Positions 53,574-63,198 of a stretch of DNA of 64,000 nucleotides are shown here, piece after piece. The notes beneath the pieces are model-generated. The model did not search any database. It was not told the origin of the DNA and saw only the letters and a program-made list of their open reading frames with translations. This stretch comes from Desulfobacterales bacterium (GTDB taxonomy: Bacteria; Desulfobacterota; Desulfobacteria; Desulfobacterales; JANQIE01), in contig JANQIE010000085.1 of the NCBI GenBank assembly GCA_028282295.1, forward strand, positions 11,909 through 75,908. The letters run 5' to 3'. Position 1 is the first letter of the stretch. Each line of letters begins with the position of its first letter. The position numbers and the translations under genes were made by a program.

Positions 53574-54842
53574 ATGCATCACTTCGAATACCGCAATGAC
53601 ACCCTGTTTTGTGAGGCTGTTTCGGTGGCAGCGATCGCCGAAACGGTCGGCACACCGTTTTATCTCTACAGTCAAGCGACGTTGGAACGGCACTTCACGC
53701 AGTTCGACCGCGCGTTTGACGGCATTGACCATTTAGTCTGTTATTCCGCCAAAGCCAATACCAACCAGGCGATTTTAACATTGTTCAACCGGATGGGCAG
53801 CGGCCTGGACATTGTCTCCGGCGGCGAACTTTATCGTGGCCTGCGGGCGGGCTTTGCGCCGGAAAAAATTGTCTATTCCGGTGTCGGCAAGCGCATCGAT
53901 GAGATCGATGCGGCTTTGGCGCGCGGCATCTTGATGTTCAATATTGAATCGCAGCAGGAATTGGAACTCATCAACGCCCGGGCCGGCCAATTGAATACAA
54001 CGGCGCCGGTTGCCATCCGTGTGAATCCGGATGTCGATCCGAAAACCCACCCCTACATCTCCACCGGATTGAAGCAAAATAAATTCGGTATCGATATCCG
54101 CACGGCACGCGATGCCTATCGGGCGGCCCAGGCCCTTGACCATGTCGATGTTGTGGGGATCGATTGCCACATCGGTTCGCAGATCACCGACACCCAGCCG
54201 TTTGCCGATGCCCTGCAGAGTCTGAAAGCGCTGGTGACGGCTCTTAAGGATGACGGGATTGTGATCAAGTACATCGACATGGGGGGCGGTTTGGGAATTA
54301 CCTATCAAGACGAAGCGCCACCCGCGTTGAATACTTACGCCGCGACAATTTCAGCAACGCTAAAAAAAATGCCGGTGAAATTGATTCTGGAACCGGGACG
54401 GGTCATTGTCGGTAACGCCGGCGTGTTGGTCACGCGGGTGCTCTTCATCAAGCCGGGACCGGTGAAAAACTTTGTGATCGTCGACGCCGGGATGAACGAT
54501 TTGATGCGTCCGACGCTCTATCACGCCTATCACCACGTCCAACCGATCATCCGCAAGACCGCGGGTAAGGACGAGGCATTTGTTGCCGACGTGGTGGGGC
54601 CGATCTGTGAATCGGGTGATTTTCTGGCCCAGGATCGCAAAATGCCGCCATTTGAGCCGGGCGACCTCATGGCCCTGATGAGTGCCGGGGCCTATGGATT
54701 TACTATGGCCTCAAACTACTGTTCCCGGCTCAAGCCGGCGGAAGTTATGGTACACGGGGAACGTTTCGAGGTTGTCAGCCGTCGCCAGGATTATGAGACG
54801 CTGGTGCAAAACGAACGGGTGCCGGCGTGGATGGACGCTTGA
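53574..54842 (+). CDS. lysA: Diaminopimelate decarboxylase
   Basis: YSAKAN, VSGGEL, HIGSQI, EPGR, GPICESGD, GAYG..MASNY. Confidence 0.97.
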   Translation: MHHFEYRNDTLFCEAVSVAAIAETVGTPFYLYSQATLERHFTQFDRAFDGIDHLVCYSAKANTNQAILTLFNRMGSGLDIVSGGELYRGLRAGFAPEKIVYSGVGKRIDEIDAALARGILMFNIESQQELELINARAGQLNTTAPVAIRVNPDVDPKTHPYISTGLKQNKFGIDIRTARDAYRAAQALDHVDVVGIDCHIGSQITDTQPFADALQSLKALVTALKDDGIVIKYIDMGGGLGITYQDEAPPALNTYAATISATLKKMPVKLILEPGRVIVGNAGVLVTRVLFIKPGPVKNFVIVDAGMNDLMRPTLYHAYHHVQPIIRKTAGKDEAFVADVVGPICESGDFLAQDRKMPPFEPGDLMALMSAGAYGFTMASNYCSRLKPAEVMVHGERFEVVSRRQDYETLVQNERVPAWMDA

Positions 54843-54905
54843 GGTTTGAAATTGGAAACTTGAAATTGGGGCGGATGGACACTATTTGATATAGGGTAAG
54901 TAGCG

Positions 54906-55730
54906 ATGGATATTCCTTTTACAAAAATGAGTGGGGCCGGCAACGATTTTATTATTATCGATAACCGGCAGGGGGGGGTCACGGATAAAGCGTCGGACAC
55001 GTTTATCCGCAATTTGTGCCGCCGCAAAATGGCGGTGGGCGCCGACGGGTTGATATTGATCGAATCATCGGAGGAACACGATTTTAAATGGCGGTTTTTT
55101 AACTCGGACGGCTTCCCGGCTGAGATGTGCGGAAACGGTGCCCGCTGCGCGGCGCGATACGCCTTTTTAAATAAGATTGCCGGGGCGATCATGGTGTTCA
55201 AAACGGACGCCGGTTTGGTGGAGGCCCGGGTGGACGGCGCGCAGGTCAAAATCAACATGCCGGCACCCACCGGTTTCAGCGACGCCCGTGATCTCGATTT
55301 GGACAATCAGACGCTACGCTTTGAAAGTATCAACACCGGTGTGCCGCATGTCGTGATTACCGTGGATGACTTGGAGAATACCAACGTAGTCGCGCTGGGA
55401 AGACGGATACGGCACCATGCACAATTTCTCCCCGCCGGCACCAATGTCAACTTCATCGCGGCAACCATGAAAGGGGAATTGGCGGTGCGGACGTATGAGC
55501 GTGGGGTTGAGGACGAGACATTGGCGTGCGGCACCGGCGCGGTTGCAGCGGCCCTGGTTTACGCCCGGCAACATGCCGCCGCAAGCCCGGTGCGGGTCTG
55601 CACACGCAGCGGCGCGCAGTTGAATGTTTTTTTTGTGCACCGGGGCAATGACTTCACCGATATCCGGCTTGAAGGGGATGCACGGGTGATTTATCACGGC
55701 CGGCTCTGTGAAGACGCCTGGGAGTATTAG
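54906..55730 (+). CDS. dapF: Diaminopimelate epimerase
   Basis: FTKMSGAGNDF, EMCGNGARC, YERGVEDETLACGTG. Confidence 0.97.
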   Translation: MDIPFTKMSGAGNDFIIIDNRQGGVTDKASDTFIRNLCRRKMAVGADGLILIESSEEHDFKWRFFNSDGFPAEMCGNGARCAARYAFLNKIAGAIMVFKTDAGLVEARVDGAQVKINMPAPTGFSDARDLDLDNQTLRFESINTGVPHVVITVDDLENTNVVALGRRIRHHAQFLPAGTNVNFIAATMKGELAVRTYERGVEDETLACGTGAVAAALVYARQHAAASPVRVCTRSGAQLNVFFVHRGNDFTDIRLEGDARVIYHGRLCEDAWEY

Positions 55731-55785
55731 GCCCGGTGGGTATTGTTGCAACCCCGCCGCAACCGTGTAGGCAGGCAACCGGAAC

Positions 55786-56283
55786 ATGAGAACAAGGGAT
55801 ATCTTTATTTCGTGCGGTTCCAATATCGGCGACAAACGGCGGAATCTGGACCGTGGCATCGCCACGTTGGGCGACTGCGCCGGCTGTGACGTTGTCGCCA
55901 CGTCCAAATTTTACCGCACCGAACCGGTCGATTATTTGGATCAGGACTGGTTTATCAATGCGGTGGTGAAAATCGAGACCGACGAGACACCACACGAACT
56001 GTTGACCCGCCTGAAACGGATTGAAGCTGCGATCGGCCGGACAGTCTCCGCCATCCGTTATGGGCCGCGGGTTCTGGACATGGACATTGTGCTGTTCGGG
56101 CGTCTGGTTCTTGAATCGCCCACCCTGACGATCCCCCACCGCCGTCTGCATAAAAGGCGCTTTGTGTTAAAGCCCATTTGTGATATAGATCCGGATATTT
56201 TGCACCCGGTATTAAATCAGCCGCTCAAATCCTTGTTGGCCGCCTTGAACACCGAGGGGCAGGGACTCGAACCAATTTTATGA
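55786..56283 (+). CDS. folK: 6-hydroxymethyl-7,8-dihydropterin pyrophosphokinase
   Basis: GSNIG, QDWFINAV, GPRVLDMDI, IPH....RRFVL. Confidence 0.94.
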   Translation: MRTRDIFISCGSNIGDKRRNLDRGIATLGDCAGCDVVATSKFYRTEPVDYLDQDWFINAVVKIETDETPHELLTRLKRIEAAIGRTVSAIRYGPRVLDMDIVLFGRLVLESPTLTIPHRRLHKRRFVLKPICDIDPDILHPVLNQPLKSLLAALNTEGQGLEPIL

Positions 56284-56540
56284 AACTGATTGTTTTCTTA
56301 ATCATTATTTACCTGATATACCGTGGGTGGAAATACTGGGAGCAGAAGATTTTATCCCATGACCGACAGTCTTCAGCGGCCCCCCGGTTACAGGTGGATG
56401 ATGTGATGGTAAAAGATCCCTACTGCGAAGTATATTTCCCCAAACGTGATGGCGTGTCGATAAAACTGGACGGTCGACAATTGATTTTTTGCAGTGAAGA
56501 ATGTCGGGATAAATACTTGGCTGCACGTACGAACCGGTAG
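56280..56540 (+). CDS. Small membrane protein with TRASH/YHS-like motif
   Basis: TM helix + MVKDPYCEVYFP...FCSEECRD. Confidence 0.75.
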   Translation: MKLIVFLIIIYLIYRGWKYWEQKILSHDRQSSAAPRLQVDDVMVKDPYCEVYFPKRDGVSIKLDGRQLIFCSEECRDKYLAARTNR

Positions 56541-56572
56541 CAAACCGTTTTAAATCAACAGGCTTCAAATCC

Positions 56573-57139
56573 ATGCAATTTCGTAACTCCATCACCAAGC
56601 TGTTAAGTCACCCCAATAGTTTGACCCTGTACCGGATTATCGCCTGTCCGATCATCGTCATACTGCTGCTTTATCCCAACCCGCTGTGTTCGTTTTTGGC
56701 GGCCATGTTTTTCAGTGCCGCGGCGATTACCGACTACCTGGATGGCTTCTTCGCCCGCCGACACGGTCTGGTGTCGACCTTGGGTAAAATCCTGGACCCT
56801 CTGGCCGACAAACTGCTGGTTTCATCGGCGTTTATCATGATGACCTCATTGGGCTGGGTGCCGGCCTGGGTGGTTTGTATCATCATCGGCCGGGAGTTGG
56901 CCGTCACCGGCCTGCGCGTTATTATCAGCGATAAAGGACAGGAGATCGGCGCCTCCTGGCTGGGCAAGTACAAAACCGGTTTTCAGATCGCCGCCATCAT
57001 TCCCTTGATGATCCACTACAGTCATATCGGCATCGATTTTAACCTGATCGGCCGGTTTTTCATGTGGGGTGCCTTGATATTTACTTTATGGTCCGGGATC
57101 GATTATTTTGTCCGGTTTCGCCGTTTACTGCTAAGTTAG
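56573..57139 (+). CDS. pgsA: CDP-diacylglycerol--glycerol-3-phosphate 3-phosphatidyltransferase
   Basis: PNSLT..R, TDYLDGFFAR, GKILDPLADK, RELAVTGLR. Confidence 0.95.
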   Translation: MQFRNSITKLLSHPNSLTLYRIIACPIIVILLLYPNPLCSFLAAMFFSAAAITDYLDGFFARRHGLVSTLGKILDPLADKLLVSSAFIMMTSLGWVPAWVVCIIIGRELAVTGLRVIISDKGQEIGASWLGKYKTGFQIAAIIPLMIHYSHIGIDFNLIGRFFMWGALIFTLWSGIDYFVRFRRLLLS

Positions 57140-57252
57140 GTTTTGTTTGAAGCTGCTTGCGGGGTGGGGCTGAATTTTCGGTTTTTATCAGATATGTCGA
57201 TATTTTCTGTTGACAAAAGGCACTAAAATCTGTAGTCACAATATTTCGTTGA

Positions 57253-57327
57253 GCGGGAATAACTCAGCGGTAGAGTGCGACCTTGCCAAGGTCGAAGTCG
57301 CGGGTTCAAATCCCGTTTCCCGCTCCA
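57253..57327 (+). tRNA. tRNA-Gly (GCC)
   Basis: gcgggaa acceptor, anticodon arm cgacc-ttGCCaa-ggtcg, ggttcaaatccc, CCA end. Confidence 0.97.
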
Positions 57328-57337
57328 TTTTTTTTAT

Positions 57338-57412
57338 GGCGGCATAGCCAAGTGGTAAGGCAGCGGTCTGCAAAACCGCTATTCACCAGTTCGAATCTGG
57401 TTGCCGCCTCCA
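57338..57412 (+). tRNA. tRNA-Cys (GCA)
   Basis: ggcggca acceptor, gcggt-ctGCAaa-accgc, gttcgaatc, CCA end. Confidence 0.97.
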
Positions 57413-57419
57413 CTTTCTT

Positions 57420-57453
57420 AAGGATTTACAGCAACTGCTGTAAATCTTTTTTT
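57420..57453 (+). terminator. Intrinsic terminator after the tRNAs
   Basis: gatttacagca-ac-tgctgtaaatc followed by T7. Confidence 0.85.
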
Positions 57454-57486
57454 GTTTAAAGCCCGCGAAAAAATAGCTTCACATTT

Positions 57487-58353
57487 TTACTTCATGCAAT
57501 TTACTTCCTCTCGCAATTCGTAAACTTTGCCCATCAGGTTTAAGAATTCGGATTCATCATATTCCATGGTCGTCATGATGGTTGTGGTGATATTGTCTTT
57601 CTCGCTATCGTTCAAAGGATCCGCCGCCAATGTGGCCAACAGGTTGGCTAAGCAAATGACCCTGCAAAAATCCTTGTCCGGTATATCTTGGTCGGATCGC
57701 TGTAAATCGCTCCGGCTATGAAATTCGCATGCCATGCGCATGCGCTCCGGCAGATTCCAATGGTCGCACAAAAGAACGCCGAGATAGTTGCTTTTCGGAA
57801 AAGCGAGCGCTTTTTCAGCTTCCGAAAACAATGTCCCATTATCCCGGCAGTATTGAACCAGCGCTTTATAATGGTCCGGAAAAAATTTGATGTAGACAAG
57901 TTTGCCGATATCATGCAGGATGGCCGCCGATCCGATATCCTCATACGGAAGCAACGGCTCATGCTGCTTGGCCAGATGCTTGGCACAAAGCGCAGTCAGC
58001 AATGAATGTTCCCAGTAGGCGTCCAGGCTCGCCTGATCTTTGATGTCGAGGGTTTTGACAATATAAAGCGTCAACACCATTTTGTGGATCTCGCTAAGCC
58101 CCAGATAGGCAACGGCGTATTTGACGCTGGCAACTTCGCGGGGCAGGCCGTAATAGGCCGAATTCACCACTTTCAACACCTGGGCGACCAAGGCGGGATC
58201 ACTACTGATCAGCTCCGCGATGGAATTTATTTCACCGGTTTGAGATTTGATTTGGTCCTCGATTTGAAAGACCATCGAGGGGAGCGCAGGTAGAACCTGA
58301 TGCCGCTTCAGAAAAGTTTTGGGGTCTATTTGGATAGGAGGCATTCCATTCAT
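57487..58353 (-). CDS. HDOD domain protein
   Basis: LPALP, DPALVAQVLKVVNSAYYG, WEHS, LHDIGK, HWNLP. Confidence 0.9.
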   Translation of the reverse strand: MNGMPPIQIDPKTFLKRHQVLPALPSMVFQIEDQIKSQTGEINSIAELISSDPALVAQVLKVVNSAYYGLPREVASVKYAVAYLGLSEIHKMVLTLYIVKTLDIKDQASLDAYWEHSLLTALCAKHLAKQHEPLLPYEDIGSAAILHDIGKLVYIKFFPDHYKALVQYCRDNGTLFSEAEKALAFPKSNYLGVLLCDHWNLPERMRMACEFHSRSDLQRSDQDIPDKDFCRVICLANLLATLAADPLNDSEKDNITTTIMTTMEYDESEFLNLMGKVYELREEVNCMK

Positions 58354-58489
58354 GCAAGTGGATTCCTTATTGTCAAGATTTTGGTTGTCAATTCGATCCC
58401 GCCGTCTGTCTGTGCATAGTTGTTAGTTTGTTCTATTCTTGCAAATCGTGGCTATGCCCGGCATTTGGCCGTGGATTTTTCCGCACTAA

Positions 58490-58530
58490 ATATGTATTGA
58501 CAACTTTACAAATCGGGTGTAGTGAGTCTT
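58490..58530 (+). promoter_or_regulatory. Candidate promoter with overlapping HutC-type operator
   Basis: TGTATTGACA (58493-58502) overlapping TTGACA-N17-TAGTGA. Confidence 0.35.
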
Positions 58531-58591
58531 ATAGCCGCAGTTACAAAGCTATCGGTTTGTATATCGGATTAAAAGCAATAATCTTTAGCTG

Positions 58592-58756
58592 GTGTCCATC
58601 CGGAAATAGCATCTTTTGGTCCAGGCCGGCGTTCTCACGAATCTGAAATAATGGCGCAGCCATTCATGTTCTTGCGACGTAGCCTTGCTACGCCTGCGGT
58701 TTAAAATTCGCTGCGGCCTTGGCCTGAATCAAAATCTACTATTTCCGGATGGACCC
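58592..58756 (-). repeat. Long-hairpin repeat family, copy D (with internal insertion)
   Basis: Reverse complement aligns with copies B and C: tccatccggaaatagtagatttt...caaggc...ccgcaggcgtag...gagaacgcc...ccaaaagatgctatttccggatggacac. Confidence 0.88.
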
Positions 58757-58782
58757 AAGTTGTTGGGGGACCATTTTTTTAT

Positions 58783-59514
58783 ATGTTGAACTCACGCTCT
58801 CCAATTCCCCTATACCGTCAATTGGCGGAATGGTTGCTCGACCAGATTCGGTCCGGCCAATTCCCCGCCGGCACCAGAATTCTGTCGGAAAATGAACTGG
58901 CGGCGCGGTTTTCCATTGGACGGCCCACGGTTCGGCAAGCAACCGATTTGTTAATTCGGCGAGGCTATTTGCAGCGTCGCCGGGGGGCGGGCACATTTGT
59001 CAAAGACGCGCCCGAAGAGGTGGACCTGTTTTCCCTGGCCGGCACGCTTTCGGCATTTCAAAAAAAGGGCATTGACATTGTTTCGAAAGTCGTCACACCG
59101 GTCCGTTTGCAGCCCATTGCCGCCGACGCCACCAATCCGTTTGGCGGGCAGGCCGCCTATCGCTTCAGCCGTTTGAACCTGGCTCAGGGGCAACCGGTGT
59201 TGTTTGAAGATATTTGCCTGCATCCGGACCTGTTCGCGGGCATAGAGCATATCGACCTGAGTGGGCGCTCTTTGTCACAGGTGGTCGATACCCATTTTTA
59301 TTTACGGCCGGTCAGCGGGCGCCAAAGCTTTCGTGTCACGCCCGTCACGGACCTTCCGGCGGCGCAACTGCGGGTCGGCGCAAATGAACCGATTTTGCTG
59401 GTTGAGCGTTGGTTGAATTTTCCCGATGCCGACAACGCCTTGTTTGCCAGGATGTATTGCCGGACCGATCAATTTGTTTTTTCACAGCGCATAGGAGGAT
59501 TTCCCGATGATTGA
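58783..59514 (+). CDS. GntR family regulator (HutC subfamily, UTRA domain)
   Basis: PLYRQL, SENELAARFSIGRPTVRQA, RRRGAGTFV; UTRA-like C-terminus (R......PVLFE, SL). Confidence 0.9.
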   Translation: MLNSRSPIPLYRQLAEWLLDQIRSGQFPAGTRILSENELAARFSIGRPTVRQATDLLIRRGYLQRRRGAGTFVKDAPEEVDLFSLAGTLSAFQKKGIDIVSKVVTPVRLQPIAADATNPFGGQAAYRFSRLNLAQGQPVLFEDICLHPDLFAGIEHIDLSGRSLSQVVDTHFYLRPVSGRQSFRVTPVTDLPAAQLRVGANEPILLVERWLNFPDADNALFARMYCRTDQFVFSQRIGGFPDD

Positions 59515-60733
59515 AAGGGGCTATTACGACGGTTTCGGAGGGGCGTTTTTACCTGAAGTGTTGGTCGCCACCTTTGACGAACTTGAACAAACCTTTCGGG
59601 CCGCCAAGGCCGATGAGGGCTTCTGGCAGGAATATGTGCGGGTCATGTCGACTTACTCATGCCGCCCGACACCGTTGACTTTTGCCGAAAACCTGACGCG
59701 GCATTTCGGTGGTGCGCGTATCTACATCAAGCGTGAGGATCTGAATCATACCGGCGCCCACAAAGCCAACAATGTCATGGGACAGGGGCTGTTGGTCAAA
59801 CGGATGGGCAAAAGCCGGGTGATTGCGGAAACCGGTGCCGGGCAGCACGGTGTGGCTACGGCCACCATGGCTGCCCGCTTTGGATTCAAATGTACGATTT
59901 ACATGGGTGAAGTCGACGTGCAACGGCAACGTCCCAATGTGTTCTGGATGGAACGGCTGGGCGCCGAGGTGGTGCCGGTGACCGAAGGGACCCGCATTTT
60001 GAAAGACGCCATCAATGAAGCCTTTCGCGATTGGGTGACGAACATGGATACCACCCACTATGTTTTGGGCACAGCCTGCGGTCCGCATCCGTTTCCGGAG
60101 ATGGTGACCTATTTTCAGTCGCTTATCGGTCAAGAAGCCCGTGAACAGGTATTGGCGGAAACAGGACGCTTGCCGCACCGCATTTACGCCTGTGTCGGCG
60201 GCGGTTCCAATGCCATGGGCATTTTTAACGCCTTTTTAAAGGACGAGGTTGAACTGGTCGGTGTCGAGGCCGGCGGCAAGGGCGTCACTACCGGACAACA
60301 CGCCGCCCGGCTGGCTTCCGAGGATGGGAGTGTCGGGGTTGCCCAGGGATACAAGACTTTTTTCTTGCAGGATGAAGACGGCCAGATGATGGAAACCCAT
60401 AGTGTGGCCGCCGGCCTGGACTATGTGGGGGTTTCACCGATTTTGGCCAGCCTGAAGCAATCCGGGCGGGTCCGTTTTGAGGCGGCCACGGATACCGAGG
60501 TGGTTGAGGCGCTGCAATTGACCATTCAAAAAGAGGGGCTCATTCCGGCCCTGGAATCGGCCCACGGTTTTGTGCAGGCTTTCAAGGAAGCGCCCCAGAT
60601 GTCCGCCGAAAACGCTATCATCATCAATCAGTCCGGAAGAGGGGACAAAGACATATTCACGGTTGCCGATGCCTTTAACGATCCTAAATGGCAGGCGTTC
60701 ATCAAAGCCAAAGCGGAGGCGTATCATGCTTGA
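59507..60733 (+). CDS. trpB: Tryptophan synthase beta chain
   Basis: KREDLNHTGAHK, IAETGAGQHG, ACVGGGSNA, SVAAGLDY, PALESAH, SGRGDKD. Confidence 0.95.
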   Translation: MIERGYYDGFGGAFLPEVLVATFDELEQTFRAAKADEGFWQEYVRVMSTYSCRPTPLTFAENLTRHFGGARIYIKREDLNHTGAHKANNVMGQGLLVKRMGKSRVIAETGAGQHGVATATMAARFGFKCTIYMGEVDVQRQRPNVFWMERLGAEVVPVTEGTRILKDAINEAFRDWVTNMDTTHYVLGTACGPHPFPEMVTYFQSLIGQEAREQVLAETGRLPHRIYACVGGGSNAMGIFNAFLKDEVELVGVEAGGKGVTTGQHAARLASEDGSVGVAQGYKTFFLQDEDGQMMETHSVAAGLDYVGVSPILASLKQSGRVRFEAATDTEVVEALQLTIQKEGLIPALESAHGFVQAFKEAPQMSAENAIIINQSGRGDKDIFTVADAFNDPKWQAFIKAKAEAYHA

Positions 60734-61487
60734 AGCCTATATTCGCGAGCAACGCGAAAAAAAAGACATACTGCTGATGACCCATATTGTGCTGGGCTAT
60801 CCGTCATTTGACGCATCTTTGGAAATCGTTCACGCCATGGTCGAGGCCGGTGTCGATTTAATGGAATTGCAGATCCCGTTTTCCGAGCCGATCGCCGACG
60901 GCCCGGTGATCCTGCACGCCAACCAGCAAGCACTGGCAAGCGGCGCCAAGGTGCAACGAAGTTTTGAATTTGCGCGGAAAGTTGCTTCGAGATTCGAGAT
61001 ACCGTTTTTGTTTATGACCTACTACAACATTCTGTTCAAATACGGGGTGTCGGGGTTTGCCGCGGATATGAAGGCCGCCGGCTTAAAAGGGGCCATCGTG
61101 CCGGATTTGCCTCCCGAAGAAGGGGCCGCTTATCTCGATGCGATGCAGACACACGATCTGGCGCCGATTTTTATCTACGCCCCAACCACCCCCGAAGAGC
61201 GAATGGCGCAGATAGCTCAATGTGGCCGGGGGTTTATTTATTGTGTGGCCCGCAAAGGTGTAACCGGCAAAAAAACGGCGTTTTCCGATGACCTGTCCAC
61301 CTACCTTTCCAGATGCCGCGAGGCCACCAACTTGCCGCTGGCGGTGGGCTTCGGTGTGAAATCGAAGCAGGACGTCGATTTTTTGAAGGGCAAGGCGGAT
61401 ATTGCCGTTGTCGGCACCCAGACCATTCGCATCATCGAGCAGCAGGGCATTGCAGCCGTTAAACCGTTCATCGCGCAGTTGCGTTAG
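60726..61487 (+). CDS. trpA: Tryptophan synthase alpha chain
   Basis: ELQIPFSEPIADGPVI, MTYYN, VPDLPPEE, GVTG, VGFG. Confidence 0.95.
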   Translation: MLEAYIREQREKKDILLMTHIVLGYPSFDASLEIVHAMVEAGVDLMELQIPFSEPIADGPVILHANQQALASGAKVQRSFEFARKVASRFEIPFLFMTYYNILFKYGVSGFAADMKAAGLKGAIVPDLPPEEGAAYLDAMQTHDLAPIFIYAPTTPEERMAQIAQCGRGFIYCVARKGVTGKKTAFSDDLSTYLSRCREATNLPLAVGFGVKSKQDVDFLKGKADIAVVGTQTIRIIEQQGIAAVKPFIAQLR

Positions 61488-61556
61488 ATCCACGCAATAT
61501 TGATAATTCAAAAATAATACTTTCACTAAACTTTCCTGCGTAAAAGCCGAAATCTT

Positions 61557-61607
61557 ACTTAGGGCTCGCGCCAAAAATGTAACCTTATTGTTGCGCGAGC
61601 CCTGAGT
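61557..61607. repeat. Short inverted-repeat element
   Basis: acttagggctcgcgc ... gcgcgagccctgagt. Confidence 0.55.
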
Positions 61608-61816
61608 GCCCATCCACGAGCGGTTTCGTTTACACATGTTAGATGTTGGGCGTTTTTTATAATTCTCCAAACATCGAAACCAACCATTGTTTCAATTCAG
61701 TTTACGGTTTGGATTCGGACCGCCGGCGGCCGCGTTCGCCGGATATTCTTCGACCCCGGCGCCGATGCAAATTCTAACACCGGGTGATTGGGTCGACCCA
61801 AATTCAGGAGGGTGGT

Positions 61817-63157
61817 GTGCAAGATTTGGATGAACGAAAAATAACATCTTTGCAAACGGCGTTAAACGGTATGCAGCCGGAGCAGATACGCACCTTATCC
61901 GAATTGTCGGAGGTGCGATCGCTGCGACCGGGCGATTTGCTTGACGAGACCGCGCATGCTTATGTCATTTTGGACGGTGAGGTGGATGTCTTCCGGTATC
62001 TTGGCGGCAGGACGCGCCGCCTGACGACCCATCGGGCCGGCCAGTGGCTCAACGAAGCTGTTCTGACAGGTGTGAACGGCAACGATGACGCGTTTGTGGC
62101 CAACGCACCAACCCGTATGATGGAAGTCAAGCAGTCTTCCATCGACGCGCTCAATGAAAAGACGCGTCTGGTTTTTTATCAGTGCCTGAACCGTGTGCTG
62201 GCCCAACAGGCACAAGCCTGCGTCGCACGCGAAAAACTGTATGCCGAGCAAAATGTCGCTTTGAAGGAGCAAATCCTGACGGAGGGATTGAAAACACGCA
62301 AAGACTACGGCCAGGTCGAGATGATCCAGCGCATTGTCGAGAAAGTGCCGCGGCTGCCGGTTTTCGCCAGTTCGCTGGCATTCAAATTACTGGAGGACCG
62401 GATATCCGCATCCGAGGTTGCCCGGCTGGTCAAGGAAGATCCCTCGTTGCTTGCATTGGTTTTGAAAACCATCAATTCTGCCTATTACAGTTTTCAGGAA
62501 AAGATCGTCGATATCAACCATGCCGTGGTCATCCTCGGTTTTAACGAGTTGTACCAGTTGATCGTAGGTGAGGGAATTCGCCGGACATTGCCGAATGTCA
62601 GCACTTTCCAGAAACTGTACATTCATTGTTCGGCTATTTCGCATCTGGCCTTTGTCGTGTCGCAAGTCGCCCAAATCGAGCGGCCGACCCACATGGCCAC
62701 TGCCGGCTTACTGCATGCCGTGGGCGAGACGGTCATGTACTTTCTGCACAAGCAGAATGCCAAATTGTCCATCTTTCTTGATTTTATCAATTCCGATCAA
62801 CTCGGCGCTCTGCTGCTCAAGCACTGGAACCTGCCCGAATCGATCCACGCAACCATTGCCCACAAAACCTACCCCGATTTCGCGCCTCCGGAAAAGGTCC
62901 CTGACGCTGTCCGGGAAAAGGTTGCCATTTTACATCTGGCCCACCTTTGCCTGATGCAGCTCAAAGGTGCAAAACCCAAGGATCCGCCTTCGATGTATTT
63001 TAACGACTATTGTCATGTTCTGCACTGGGATCAGTTGGATTGGCACACCATCACGTTTAAAAAAGTTTTGCCGGTTCTTGCCAAACATAGCGATACGCTG
63101 CCGAGCTATCTGCGTAAGTTGATCAACGATCAGAACCGGGCAATGCCCGATATTTAA
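61817..63157 (+). CDS. cNMP-binding-like + HDOD domain protein
   Basis: AYVILDGEVDV N-terminal domain; PRLPVF, DPSL...VLKTINSAYY, AGLLHAVG, HWNLP; AGGAG RBS. Confidence 0.85.
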   Translation: MQDLDERKITSLQTALNGMQPEQIRTLSELSEVRSLRPGDLLDETAHAYVILDGEVDVFRYLGGRTRRLTTHRAGQWLNEAVLTGVNGNDDAFVANAPTRMMEVKQSSIDALNEKTRLVFYQCLNRVLAQQAQACVAREKLYAEQNVALKEQILTEGLKTRKDYGQVEMIQRIVEKVPRLPVFASSLAFKLLEDRISASEVARLVKEDPSLLALVLKTINSAYYSFQEKIVDINHAVVILGFNELYQLIVGEGIRRTLPNVSTFQKLYIHCSAISHLAFVVSQVAQIERPTHMATAGLLHAVGETVMYFLHKQNAKLSIFLDFINSDQLGALLLKHWNLPESIHATIAHKTYPDFAPPEKVPDAVREKVAILHLAHLCLMQLKGAKPKDPPSMYFNDYCHVLHWDQLDWHTITFKKVLPVLAKHSDTLPSYLRKLINDQNRAMPDI

Positions 63158-63198
63158 AAGCCGCTGAAATTTGAAAAACTGAATAAGAAAGGTCTAAG

